DNA of 64,000 nucleotides from Mobula hypostoma (taxonomy: Eukaryota): positions 35,962,001 to 36,026,000 of the forward strand of contig NC_086108.1 of NCBI RefSeq assembly GCF_963921235.1. The letters are read 5' to 3'. Position numbers and translations under genes: made by a program. The notes beneath the pieces were generated by a model, which did not search any database, was not told where the DNA came from, and saw only the letters and a list, made by a program, of their open reading frames with translations. Shown in pieces: positions 14,547 through 26,280 of the stretch; within the stretch, counting starts at the first letter, position 1, and each line of letters begins with the position of its first letter.

Positions 14547-14667
14547 AATATAAAAAAATGGAAAAGGTTATATGTGTGAATAAAGTACATGATATTTGTG
14601 AATTCCTTATCCAAATAAAAATAAAATTTTAAAAAAGGAAAAAAAAAAGAAGAAAATGAATAAACAG

Positions 14668-16236
14668 TTGACATTTCGGGCTGAGACCCTTCTTCAGGAC
14701 TAAAACATGGGGAAAATGCCAGAATGAAAAGGTGGGGGGGAGGGGAAAGAGGATAGATAAAAGGTGATAGGTGAAGCCAGGTGGGTTGGAAAGATAAAGG
14801 GCTAGAGAAGAAGGAATCTGATAGGAGAAAGGGAAGGAGGAGGGGACCCAGGAAGAAGTGATAGGCAGATGAGAAGAGATTACAGACCAGAGTGGGAACA
14901 GAAAAAGGGAGGGGGAGTTTTTCTTTATCAGAAGGAGACATCAATGTTCATGACATCAGTTTGGAGGCATTGAGTTGGCGGATTGATGTTTTTCTTTTAT
15001 GGAAACTTGTACGGCGTATAGCTCTGGGGTTGTGCTCCCAATGGTTTATTTTTCTCGTTTTTTTTCTGTTAGTTGGGTTTTTTTTAGTTAGTATGGGTTC
15101 TTTTTCCCAAAAAAATAGATCTAACATTTTATTTTTTCTTCTTATTATTGATAAATTGTTCAGCTTTGTTAATCAGTTATTTGATCATTTAATTCTCATT
15201 GTACATATTGACATGTTGACTTGATTACTTTAATGTATTGTTTTGTTGATCTTCAATAATAATTAATAAAAAAGATTTTAAAATGTAATAAGTTTGGAGG
15301 CTAACCAGACATAATATAAGGTGTTGCTCTTCCACCAAGTGTGGCATCAATGTGGCACAAGAGGGGGCCATGGACCAACATGTGGGAACGGAAATTGGAA
15401 CTAAAATGTTTGGCTGCCAGCAAGTTCCACTTTAGCGAGATCGAGTGGAGTAGATGAAGCAGTCCCCCAATTTACAATGTGTCTCACCAATGTAGAGGAG
15501 GATGCATTGGGAGCACTGGGCACAATAGATGACCCCAGCAGGTTCACAGGTGAAGTGTTGCCTCACATGGATGGACCGTTTGGGGCCCTGAATGGAGGTG
15601 AGGGAGCAGGTGAATGGGCAGGTGTAGCACTTAGGACGCTTGCAAGGGAATCACGGAGGAAATAATCCCTGCAGAAAGCAGAGGGGTGGAAAAGATATGT
15701 TTAGTTTTAGGATCTCTTTGGAGATGGCGGAAGTTGCAGAGGATGATGTGTTGAATGCGGAGGCTCGTGTGGTGGTAGGCAAGAACGAGAAACTATCACA
15801 GTTAAGGCAGCAGGAAGGCAGTGTGAGGGCGTTTGTTCAGGAAATGGAGGAGATGCAGGTGAGGGCTGCATCAATAGTGGAGGAAGGGAAATCCCGTTTT
15901 TGATGGTGGTGGCCATCTCTGATGTCCTGGAAAGGAAAGCCGCATCCTGGGAACAGATGTGGTGGAGACGAAGGAAATGAGAAAAGGGAATAGTATTTTT
16001 AAAGGAGATAGGGTAGGGAGAGGTTTAGTCAAGATAACTGTGGGAATTGGTACATTTATAAAAGATGTTCGTTGAGTTTGTCTCCAGAGATGGAGACAGA
16101 TTGAGAAAGGGGAGGAAGGTGTCAGAAATGGACCGAGTGAATTTAAGGGCAGGGAGGAAGTTAGAGGCAAAGTTGATGAAATTGATGAGCTCAACATGAG
16201 TGCATGAAGCAGCACCAATGCAGCCGTCAATGTAGC
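14668..16236 (-). mobile_element. Degenerate Penelope-like element; its terminus at about 6688-6748 is displaced by the L1 insertion
   Basis: YIDGCIGAASCTHVELINFINFASNF..LKFT RT remnant; pLTR with hammerhead-like core at 14664-14701. Confidence 0.8.
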
Positions 16237-16489
16237 AGATTTTTAAGTACCTTTTTTTTAAGAGGTTACTAAATCTCAGAGAACAACACGAATTTAAAGG
16301 GAGCGCAAGGAAAAGAACAAGATGAGCCAGGAGCTGACCCATTGAGATTGCTAAATAATCAGATAGCAGATCACTGGGGATTGACTGAAAATGAAAAGGA
16401 AATGTTTTATGGATGGACCAACTATGTTCCAATTACTAGAGTAAAGTATGCTGCACACAAAGAAATTAGATTAATTTGGGAATACTTAC

Positions 16490-16615
16490 AGCTGCATCAA
16501 AGCTTTGTGAGAATTCTTTAAATTCCCCAAGAGTCTCTCCCAGTTCTACATCTGGGTGAATACAGTTCAGTAACACACTGATAATAGCCTGAGTTGCACA
16601 GGCATTATTGATAAC
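16490..16615 (-). CDS. UCHL5: UCHL5 exon 4, 126 nt (catalytic Cys)
   Basis: VINNACATQAIISVLLNCIHPDVELGETLGEFKEFSQSFDAA; aag acceptor, gtaagt donor. Confidence 0.96.
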
Positions 16616-18341
16616 CTTGAGAGGGAAAACAAAGAGAAAAGTCATCAAACACAGAGACAGAGAAGATTCCTAACATGTCCTTGCATCAAAATCAATCATA
16701 GAAAAAAACTATGTCCATAAAGACATTAATATTAAATTGCTTCTAATCTTTGAATTAGAAAGACTAGAAAGTAAAACATGTTTATTAGCTCACTTATTTT
16801 TCTAATCAAGGAAATAAATATACAGATTATGTTTTAACTTTTTTTTCTTTTCTAATTCAAAATTCAAAATAAATTAATTACTACAGCATATATACGTCAC
16901 AATACACTATCATGAGATTCATGTTCTTGTGGGCATTCTCAGTAAATACAAAGAAACGTGTGCAGTTTATCTTGATTCTGTCACAACAGTGACTGACAAC
17001 TAACCCATATGCAAAAGACAAATTGTGCAAATGCAAAACTAAAGAAAAATATAATAATAATAAATAACTAAGCAATAAGTATTGAAAACACAAATTGTAG
17101 AGTCCTTAAAAGTGAGTCCATAGATTGTGGATTCAGTTCAGTGTTGGGATGAGTAAAGGTATTTCCTGTTTTAATATCTTCATGGATATCAACCTATTTA
17201 GTTTGCATATTGATTTATTCGCCAAAAGCCCCAATCTTACCTTCTTTATCTAACATTTTTAATTAATCAAGAAAATGCTGGTAACATTCAAGTTAGGCTG
17301 CATCTGTAGAAAATGAAATGGAGTTAACAACTCAAGTCAAAGACCCTTCATCAGCAACTTGTCTTCTTTCCTTTGCAGTTCTGATGGAGGGTCTCTGAAA
17401 TATTTAACCCTCCCTTTCCATAACTGCGGGCTGACCTGTCTTTCCAGCACATTCTGTTTTTAATTCAGATTTACAGCGTCTCCTGCTTTGATCCCTATCA
17501 ACATATCCTTTCATTCCATTCCTCTCCATTGATTTTAAAATCAAGCTTCACCAGAAATATGGTGCTGAGCATCTTAAACACTCCTTGCAGTTAAATTCTG
17601 CAGGTAAGTTTATTTTAATTTATTCACTGTCCAGAGTGCAGATGATACTCAGAAGTGAAAATGTTTTCTCCATGGTGCCACAATCTAATCCTTTCATAAT
17701 ATGAAAACTTCAGCTGGCAAGTACTTCACCACTGCAGATCAAACAAGCCATCTTAAGTCACTAATTCAATAGTCTGATAGTATTTATAATATTTAGTATG
17801 CCTATGTAAACAAATATAGTCTATATTCACGTTCAACACTATTGCAATTTCACTATATGGGAATTCATATTATTTTATACAAGGATTCATAGACTTGTAG
17901 AACACAGATGGCAGGCACCTGCTCCACTGACTCTGCACCATCTCTTTCAAAGAACAATCTAGTTAGTTCCTTTCCCTGCCTCTTCATTGAATAAATTTAT
18001 AGAGATATGGAATCTCCAGGTTACACATTGAAAGCATAGTGCAAATATCAAGCATTAGTTGGCTACAAACCTCTTTCTTCATCTTCCCTGATTCTTTTGT
18101 CAAATCACCTAAATCTGCACTATTTAAGTATGTACCCATTGGTTAATATTGGAAATAGCTTTGAGTTTTGATTTTAAAACTATGACATTCAAAACTTAAA
18201 AACTAAATAAGAAATAAATATAAAAAAAGAGAACATCCTATAGTCTGTTAAAATATCGTTCCATTCTACAGTAATATCTCGATGAGAAGACTTAACTGTT
18301 TTATATTCTAATACAGCAAACAATTTGTATCTAGATATTAA

Positions 18342-18589
18342 GGGGAACGGGGAGGGGAGGGAACATTGACTCAGACCATGAGAGGCCTGCATCGGGCATT
18401 TTCATGCCTTACAATGCGCAGATGGGAAGTCTGTGTGAGACACCACTCCTCACACAGACACTAGAGCAATGTGTGATTAAGTGCCTTGCTCAAGGGCACA
18501 AACACGCTGCCACAGCTGAGGCTCAAACTAGCAACCCTGAGATAACTAGACGAACGCCTTAACCACTTGGCCACGTGCCCAACACAATA
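18342..18589 (-). mobile_element. tRNA-derived SINE
   Basis: A box TGGCCAAGTGG, B-box-like GTTTGAGCC, GTGCCCTTGAGCAAGGCAC core; candidate 10-bp TSD TAGATATTAA (18332-18341, 18590-18599). Confidence 0.75.
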
Positions 18590-20143
18590 TAGATATTAAA
18601 AGCTATAAAAGCTACCCATAAACCTATATATATTAACTGAAAATATCAAAATGGTCTTACTTAGAGAAAAAAAAATCTTGTTCAGGAAAAATTTTTCCAC
18701 TGACAATCATTAAATGAAAATCATTATCTTAACAAAATATTCATATAGTCAGCATTACAGAGGATTCAGAAAAATGATCCATTGATCAGAATACTTTATA
18801 TAATTCTACACTTGATAGCCTGCCACAAATAGTACAGGTCATTGAAGGACAGGCCTCAGAAATGTCAAATTGTTCACGAAAAATGCTGTTGGTAGTTAAT
18901 TAATAACTAGTTGCCTAGCAAATAAAAAATTCAGTGGACTTCCTCCAAACCCATAAGTGACAACCACTGATTGTGTATATATATCCACCAATCTGATATT
19001 TATTTGCACTATCCTTACGAAGAGAAATGAGTAGGCAAAAATTCTATTATTTTCCTGCTTGCAAAAAGAAACTGAACAGTGCATTACGATACTTGTTCAC
19101 TTATGTCTTGTCTTTGCCAATCCTTTGGTATCAATGAAGAAGTTTTTGCTTCACTGTTGCGTGATGCTGAGGTGACCAAAGAGGCCAATACAGGAGTAGG
19201 AGACTCCCACAGAATAGGCAAGTGCTGGGTGGATAGCTTATAAGACAATTAATAAACATCTACACAAGTTTTCAATCACTAAGGCATTGAAGCTACAGAC
19301 CTATTGCGAGTAAATAGGATTAGAAGAGTTTAGTATAGGTGGTGTGAAAATGTGAACCAAAGCTACTATCACTTCAAGATGTAAATGGGACATCTGTGTG
19401 CTTCCAATAAATGTCCTTGACCTTCTCAACATAATCCACTTCAACTAGTTATGGTCCACCGTTTCCAAGAGTTGGAGGGAAGTAGCATTGCTCCAAGGAG
19501 GTTTTGAATCTTTTCCTGTTTACCTGGCACTTCTTTGCATGAGCAAGCTAGGAATTAAGTGTCTCTTAAGGAGTTGGGTGTCAAAACAACCTGGCCTGCC
19601 CAATACAGTTCATTGATATATCTAGGGTCATTATCCTGAGGATGTTGACAGGGAGAAGCACTGACAATGTTGTGCTTTTCTTTCCAGTGAAACTGAAGTA
19701 CTTGGTGGAGCATTATGAGTGTTTTTTTCCCCCAGTACCAGAGATGCCTGCTATCTATGCAAGTCCACACCATAGAGGCATTTTGGAAGGGAAGGATCAC
19801 TAATGCCCAATACATCACAGGTCTTGTACAAGATCAAAGTTCCTGATGTTTAGACAACCTCAAATGATCAATGGCTGTGCTGGGACACTGAAAGATGTGA
19901 TGAATTTCACCACTGTTATCTATTTTCATCAAGAAGAGGCTCCCAAGATATAGGAAGCATCCCCTTTTCAAGCACCTCTTCAAGAACCTTTACTGTTCCC
20001 AAAGATATGGCATCAAGCCAAATCCTGTTCTATTTTACACATATATTCTGTCACCATCCTAAGTTCACTGATAATCTTCTGATCTACTCGTCAAAGGTTA
20101 CAGGGAGAAGGCAAGGGAATGGGGTTGAGAGGGATAATAATTG

Positions 20144-20450
20144 TGGGTGCCACGGTAGCGTAGAGGCTAGTGCAGTGCTATTACAGCTCAGAGCACTGGA
20201 GTTCAGAACTCAATCTCCGCATCCTCTGTAAGGAGTCTCTACATTCTCCCCATGGAATGGGTGGGTTTCCTCCAGGTGCTCCAGTTTCCTCCCTTAGTCC
20301 AAAGATGTACTGATTAGTAGTTTAATTGGTTATTGTAAATTGTCCCATGATTAAGCTAGGGTTAAATCAGGGGTTGCTAGGTGGCATGTTTCAAAGGGTC
20401 AGAAGGGTCTTTTCCATTCTGTATCTCTAAATAAATAAATGAATGAATGA
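20144..20450 (+). mobile_element. HE1-like V-SINE
   Basis: tRNA-like head, V-domain core GGGTTTCCTCCAGGTGCTCCAGTTTCCTCCC..TCCAAAGA, (AAAT/GAAT)n tail. Confidence 0.8.
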
Positions 20451-21300
20451 GTAATGGTATGGCAGAGCAGACTCAATGGACTGAATGATCTAATTCTGCT
20501 CCTGTGTCTTCTCTTCACACTGGCCATCTTTCCTCTCCACTTTCTGTCGTGACTCAAAATATTATTAATTCCTTTCCCCACAGCAAATGTTGTTTGACCT
20601 ATTCAGTTACTCCTGCAGATTATTTATTGTTCCTGTTCTATTTCACTTCCTACTATCCTTTTACTTGTAGACAGATCTTGAGTGAAAGCAATCTCTGTCA
20701 TATTGTTGGCTTTGTCACACTACTTCAGCCCTTTATATCTAGCTATTGTACTTGCTAACAATAGACAAAAATAATTCAGAAGAGCAAAGGTGAAATACAT
20801 CTTGGTAAATATTTTCTATCAATCCGTATTTTGGAAATTAAAGTATGTGATGAAAATTTTGGTGTAATGAATCAGTGAGCGGAGAAAGCAGCAGTTGAGC
20901 TTAGCCTATCCAGTTTTTATTTACAAAGCATGTCCACTTGTCATTAGTCAGTGATACTTGCCATTCTTCTTTACACAAGGCCGATATCATTATTTGTTTA
21001 CCAATTAATAATTCTAGCTAAACTACTCAAGTGCAGTAAAACTCTGATAATCTACTTCTCTAAAATCTCAATGGTTTGGCTCACCTGGTGACATCACCTG
21101 CATTTACTTCAAACTAACCAGAACCCCATTTCCTGCACTTGCTTTAGATTCACTAACTAGGGTTCACTAGGAAACTCATGTAATATTGCATAAGTTTTTT
21201 TAGTGAATTTAACTCGTGTTGGATCACAAAATGCAGAGTGTGCCAAATTATCATAGTTTTACCACGTGTTCCAGAATTAATTGAAACGGCCTTAGTCCAC

Positions 21301-21406
21301 CTGCTTGGCAAAGAAGATCTTCTCAAGTCTAGAATCCTGAACAATGGATCCTGCTGGTTCTTCGCCTGGTTGCCACTTGAATAGGAAGATGAGGCCATGA
21401 ACTGGT
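21301..21406 (-). CDS. UCHL5: UCHL5 exon 3, 106 nt
   Basis: PVHGLIFLFKWQPGEEPAGSIVQDSRLEKIFFAKQ; polypyrimidine+cag acceptor, GT donor. Confidence 0.95.
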
Positions 21407-21629
21407 CTGAAAAAGAAAGAGAACTACTGAAGCTATTACACAAGACTATGCTCAATATGGCAAGAAATATGTGCACCCTAAATATTTTAGTGCAATTTTA
21501 TCATACTACCAGCTGCTAGGCAAGCTGTCTGCTTAACAGATCTAGCAACCAACAATGCATATAACATTGCTGCATGTACTTTAAAAGAGTGAATTCTTGT
21601 TATCAGATGATCCAGATTTGGAGAATTTA

Positions 21630-23072
21630 CAATGATGAGTAAAAGTCTGTGAATCCTTTGCATTTACTTGGTACTCTGCATCAATTACTCATAAAATGTG
21701 GTCTGATCTTCATTCAAGTCACAATAAAAGGCAAACACAATCTGCCTAAACTAATAACACATAAACAATTGTACTTTCCATGTCTTTATTGAACACATCA
21801 TTTAATCATTCTCAACCCAGGCTAGGAAATGTGAACCCTTGTATTTAATTTAGCAGCAATAATCTCCAGCAAACGTTTGCTGATCCTCCTCGCCTTTGCT
21901 GGTTTGCACAAAGGCGAGGAGGATTTTTAGAATATTACCCTAATCAAAACTGTTTCAGTTCATCAGTATTTCTGTAATATCTCACGTAAACAGCTCTCTT
22001 CAGGTCGTGCCGCAGCATCTCAATTGAGTTAAGGTCTGTACTCTGACATGGCCATTCCAAAACACAAAACCATTCTGTTGTTGATTTACTCTTGTGTTTC
22101 TGATCATTGTCTTGCGTTATCCAACTTCATTAAGCTTCAGGTGACAAACATTCAGCTGACATTCTCCTGTAAAATGTCTTGATACAATTTAGAATTCATT
22201 ATTCCTTCAACGATTACAAGCTGTCCAGGCAATGAAGCACCATGATGCTCCTTCCACCATGCTCCATAGTTGGGATGAGGCTTTGGTGTTGGTGTGCAGT
22301 GCCCATTTTCCTCCAAACATTAACAGTGAGCATTTCTGCCGAAAAGTTCCACATTTGTCACATCTGTTGACAAAACATTGTCTCAGAAGCGTTGTGGAGC
22401 ATTCAAGTGGTCTTTTGCAAACTTGAAATGTGCAGCAATGTTTTTTTTGGTGAGCAGTGGTTTCCTCTGTGGTGTCCTTCCATGAACACCATTCTTGTTC
22501 AGTCTCTTTATTACAGTGGACACATGAACAGAGACTCTAACAAGTTCTAGTGATCTCTGCAAATCTTTCGTTCTTACTCTTGGGTTCTTTTTCACCTCCT
22601 TCAGCATTGCACTAAAATTTCATACAATTTTTTTCCCAACAGTGGCTTTCTCTTTGCCACTCTCCCACAATGCCGTGACTGGTGAAGTACCCAGGCAACA
22701 GTTGTATGTGCAGTGTCTCCCATCTCAGCCTCTGAAGCTGGTACATCCTCCAGAGTTATCACAGGGTCTCCTGGTAGCCTCCCTCACTAATTTCCTTGTT
22801 GCACGGTCACTCAGTTTTTGAGAATGGCCTGCTCCAGGCAGATTTACAAATGAAGGGAGGTGAATACTTTTTATAGGCGCTGTACTTATTGTAAACTATA
22901 AGTACAATTGTTTGTGTGTTGTTAGTTTAGGCAGATTGTGTTTGTCTATTATTGTTACTTAGATGAAGATCAAACCACATGTTATGAGTAACTAATGCAG
23001 ATAATTGAAAGGGTTATGAGTAACTAATGCAGAAAACCAGATAATTGAAAGGTTCACAAACTTTTTCTTGCA
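21630..23072 (-). mobile_element. Degenerate Tc1-like DNA transposon with long TIRs
   Basis: About 150-bp imperfect inverted ends (21630-21775 vs 22903-23072); transposase remnants KKNPRVRTKDLQ and RKPLLTKKN. Confidence 0.85.
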
Positions 23073-24989
23073 TGCCTCATATACAATGGATGTCAACTCA
23101 CAATAAATTTCATTCTTACATTTACTGAGGTTTCAAATATTGGAAATTTATCATGTTACCATACCAGAAAAATACATAGGCCTGAAATTATGATCCATTA
23201 ACTAAGTAAAATACTAACATGGGAGTTGAGTGATTTAGTTTCAGTTAAATGAATCTCAAATGACAAAAATATGAATAGTAAATTTAAATTATCAGACTGT
23301 TGCAAAACACACAAGAAGCATTTATCAACACAACATCACATGCTTAATTGCTAACTTATTCATCATCCTAAGTAGTCACTCTTTCAACCACCAATATATA
23401 ATGGCTTCAACATGTAGCAGCAAGGAACACTGCAGTTACTCAAGAGTATTGTGAAAGTAGTTCCTAAACCTTTGAACCTTACCACTGAGGAGGTTATGAG
23501 ATTCAGGTCTGGGGACCACTACTACCTCCAGATTCCCCTTAAAATCAAATACCATTGCTCTTTCAGGGTCAGTCAATCGGTTTTAATCCTGGAACTCCTC
23601 ACACAACAGCACTAAGAGTATACCTTCACCAGAAAAAAGCAACTGGTTTGAGGTAGTACCCTTCTCTTAAGCAGTTAGAAATTAATAACAAATACTGAAC
23701 TCGACTGCAGACTTATTCCACAATTTTTTTTAAAAATTGGCTTAGTGATATCCTACAGATCCAAAAGAATGTTCAGGTAACAAACTAATCAATTCGTGTC
23801 AATAACACATCTTTACCCGATCAGCAGTGAGCATCATTTTCCATTTTATACAGTAGCTCATCTTTTAAAATTATAGAATGTTTTGACAACTCATCAAGAC
23901 AGTGTTTTCAAGATCACAATTATTAATTTGGTGGAAAAATTCCTTTTGGAAATCATGTTAAGTAGATGTCCTGTATTTTCTGCTCTTCATAACTGGTAAA
24001 ATTATTTCATCAAAACACTTGACAGTTTCTATCAAATATCTCTTTAATCTTCAAGCTCCAAGAGAAGCAACTCCTGAATCTTTGAATGACACCCAACATG
24101 CTGAGGGAACTCAGCAGATCATGCAACATTTATGAAGAGAAATATACAGTCGAAGTTTCAGGTTGAGTCCCTTCATCAAAATCTCATGTCCCTGATTCCC
24201 TGCGTCTCTTTATCTAATCTCTCTACATACTAAAGACTGTCATCCTTTGAACTACACTAGTAAATCTCTTAACTTTTTTGAGGAACTGACCTAGCACTTA
24301 TTTAAAAAGAAATAGTGCCCAAAATTTCAGACAGTAATTCACGTGGACTAACTTAACATACTATGAAAGCTTTGACCATTTACTTGGATACTCTGCTTCT
24401 ATTTGAAGAAATAATTGTTTTCCTCAATTTACCCTGCCACTTTTGAAGATTCCTAAGCAAACATCCTTTGATCCTTTACAACACAATTAAAAATGCTATA
24501 TCCCCCTTCTTCCTTGTGCATTATCCAGCCACACTACCAGGTTAAGGAGGACCTGCCTAATTTTCCTATCACATTGGTCTGTTTCTTTATAATTCATAAC
24601 TAATCTTTTCAATTTTTACCAAATACCTATCTCCCCTCAATACATCAAATTAATACTTTTTTTCTGCATGAAGCTAAGACCCAAATAAAGACAAATCAAG
24701 TTTATATTCATATGCACAAGTATGATGAGGTACAGGCCTGCAGCAGAATCATAGACATGTATATTCAGGTAACAAATAAACACGAATTATACATAAATTA
24801 TACAAAACAGTGGGGGGAATAGGCTATGCTGAAACAAGACAGAGCAAAAACCCATGAAATAAGTCCATAGCAGTGCTAAAGGTAGTCTGTCATATTCCAT
24901 TGCTGAATGCAGTATTAGAATGCAGATGAACCCAAATGCAGTTTTTAATTTAATGTTGATTTTAAAGTTTATTCCATCCGGTTACTTAC

Positions 24990-25053
24990 TTTAACTTGTC
25001 AAAGTTTTCTGGTTCTAGACTCCATATTTCTTCCACCTGAACACCCTTGCATC
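24990..25053 (-). CDS. UCHL5: UCHL5 exon 2, 64 nt
   Basis: (G)CKGVQVEEIWSLEPENFDKL(K); tttcag acceptor, gtaagt donor; phases fit exons 1 and 3. Confidence 0.95.
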
Positions 25054-25499
25054 CTGAAACATGTTATTGAACCAACTTTAAAATTTAATACTCTCCCAAT
25101 TGTGTGCATAAAATTTAAAAACATATATAACAGTCATTGTATAGCAAAAAAATACAACTTATGGGAAGGCATTGCCGCAGAAAAGATACAAAAACACTTA
25201 AATCAAACTGATGGTTTAAAGATAGCTGTAAATTTTTTTCTAAAAGTGCTTTAAAGTGGTCTGATCTCAACAACATTTTAGGTTTGTTTGCATTTATACT
25301 GAAATTACTCTTTCCTAACTAGACCACGTTTTGCAGCTTTGAATTCGATATGCGAGATCAATACTTGCAACTTTAAAGCTCTGTCTTATGAAGAAACATT
25401 ACACCTATCATCTCCCCAAAGACACGGTACATATAACTGAATCACAGCTCCCAAATGCTAACGACACAAGAGACTGCAGAAGCATAATCTGAAACAAAA

Positions 25500-26280
25500 C
25501 GAACTGATAGAGGAACTCAACGAGTCGAGCAGTTATCCGCAAAGGGAACAGAATTGTCGATGGTTATGCGCCGAGACCCTGCATAAGGGGTCGAAGCGCC
25601 GATCATTCCGACCCCTGATCCCCGAAACGTCTGCTGTTCGACCCGCTAAGTTCCTCGAGCAGATATTAGGCCTTTAACGGTCTGTTTCAAATGTTAGCAA
25701 CGTTTGTGACGAAGAGTGGTCAAATTGCAACCAAAAGATATGTAATAACAAGACTACCCTACTGTTGCTGAACCTAATGCTGTCCTTCGTCCCTTGCTTT
25801 GACAGCTTGCAATTAAGTTGCCCGCCCCGAGCTCCGATATCCAGCGCGCAGGCCCCAAGCGACGGCGTGACTCCCGGCCACCCCCATCCATCCTTCCCAC
25901 TCGAGACATGCGGAGGAACGGTCCCAGCCGTACCGAAGCCTTTGATCAGCTCCGTAAAAACCCCGGGATCGCTCTCCATCAGGCACCATTCGCCGGCGCT
26001 CCCTGCCATCTCTCCAGCGTGCCCGTCCGCGTCCATCCGCGATCCAGGCCTGGAGAAGGACGCAAACTCTTCGAAAGCCGGACAGCCTTCCCAGTAGGCC
26101 GCACAGCTAGGCTCAGCTGCACATGCGCGCCAGATTTCCAGGGCAACCGCCGGGCAGCCGGACTGCAGGGGGTTTGTACCGGGGACCTGAAGCTCGCCAG
26201 CATGGCTTGTCTTAGCAGAGTACTTCTGGCACTCCAGATTAAATCTCCCGTACGCAGTTGTGAGCCACCTAGCAAGAGAA
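25500..26280. promoter_or_regulatory. CpG island / UCHL5 promoter
   Basis: High CpG density against a CpG-poor background, overlapping exon 1. NRF1-like GCACATGCGC near 26119 and an RFX-like ATTTCCAGGGCAAC at 26134-26147. Confidence 0.8.
25934..26009 (-). CDS. UCHL5: UCHL5 (UCH37) coding exon 1, 76 nt
   Basis: Translates MAGSAGEWCLMESDPGVFTELIKGF(G), the N-terminus of UCH37. Start context gagATGG, GT donor (gtacgg) at 25933-25932, inside a CpG-rich island. Confidence 0.96.

Larger units (their letters stand above)
6749..14651 (+). mobile_element. Full-length L1-clade LINE, with a CR1 nested in its 3' UTR
   Basis: Begins GGGGGACTTCCGG, has ORF1, ORF2, AATAAA and an A-rich tail; perfect 16-bp TSD GAAAATGAATAAACAG at 6733-6748 and 14652-14667. 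Confidence 0.95.

Noticed and set aside
13715..14944. 409-aa ORF as a novel chimeric gene
   Set aside because: Chance open frame running through Penelope UTR and the antisense L1 tail into CR1 ORF2.
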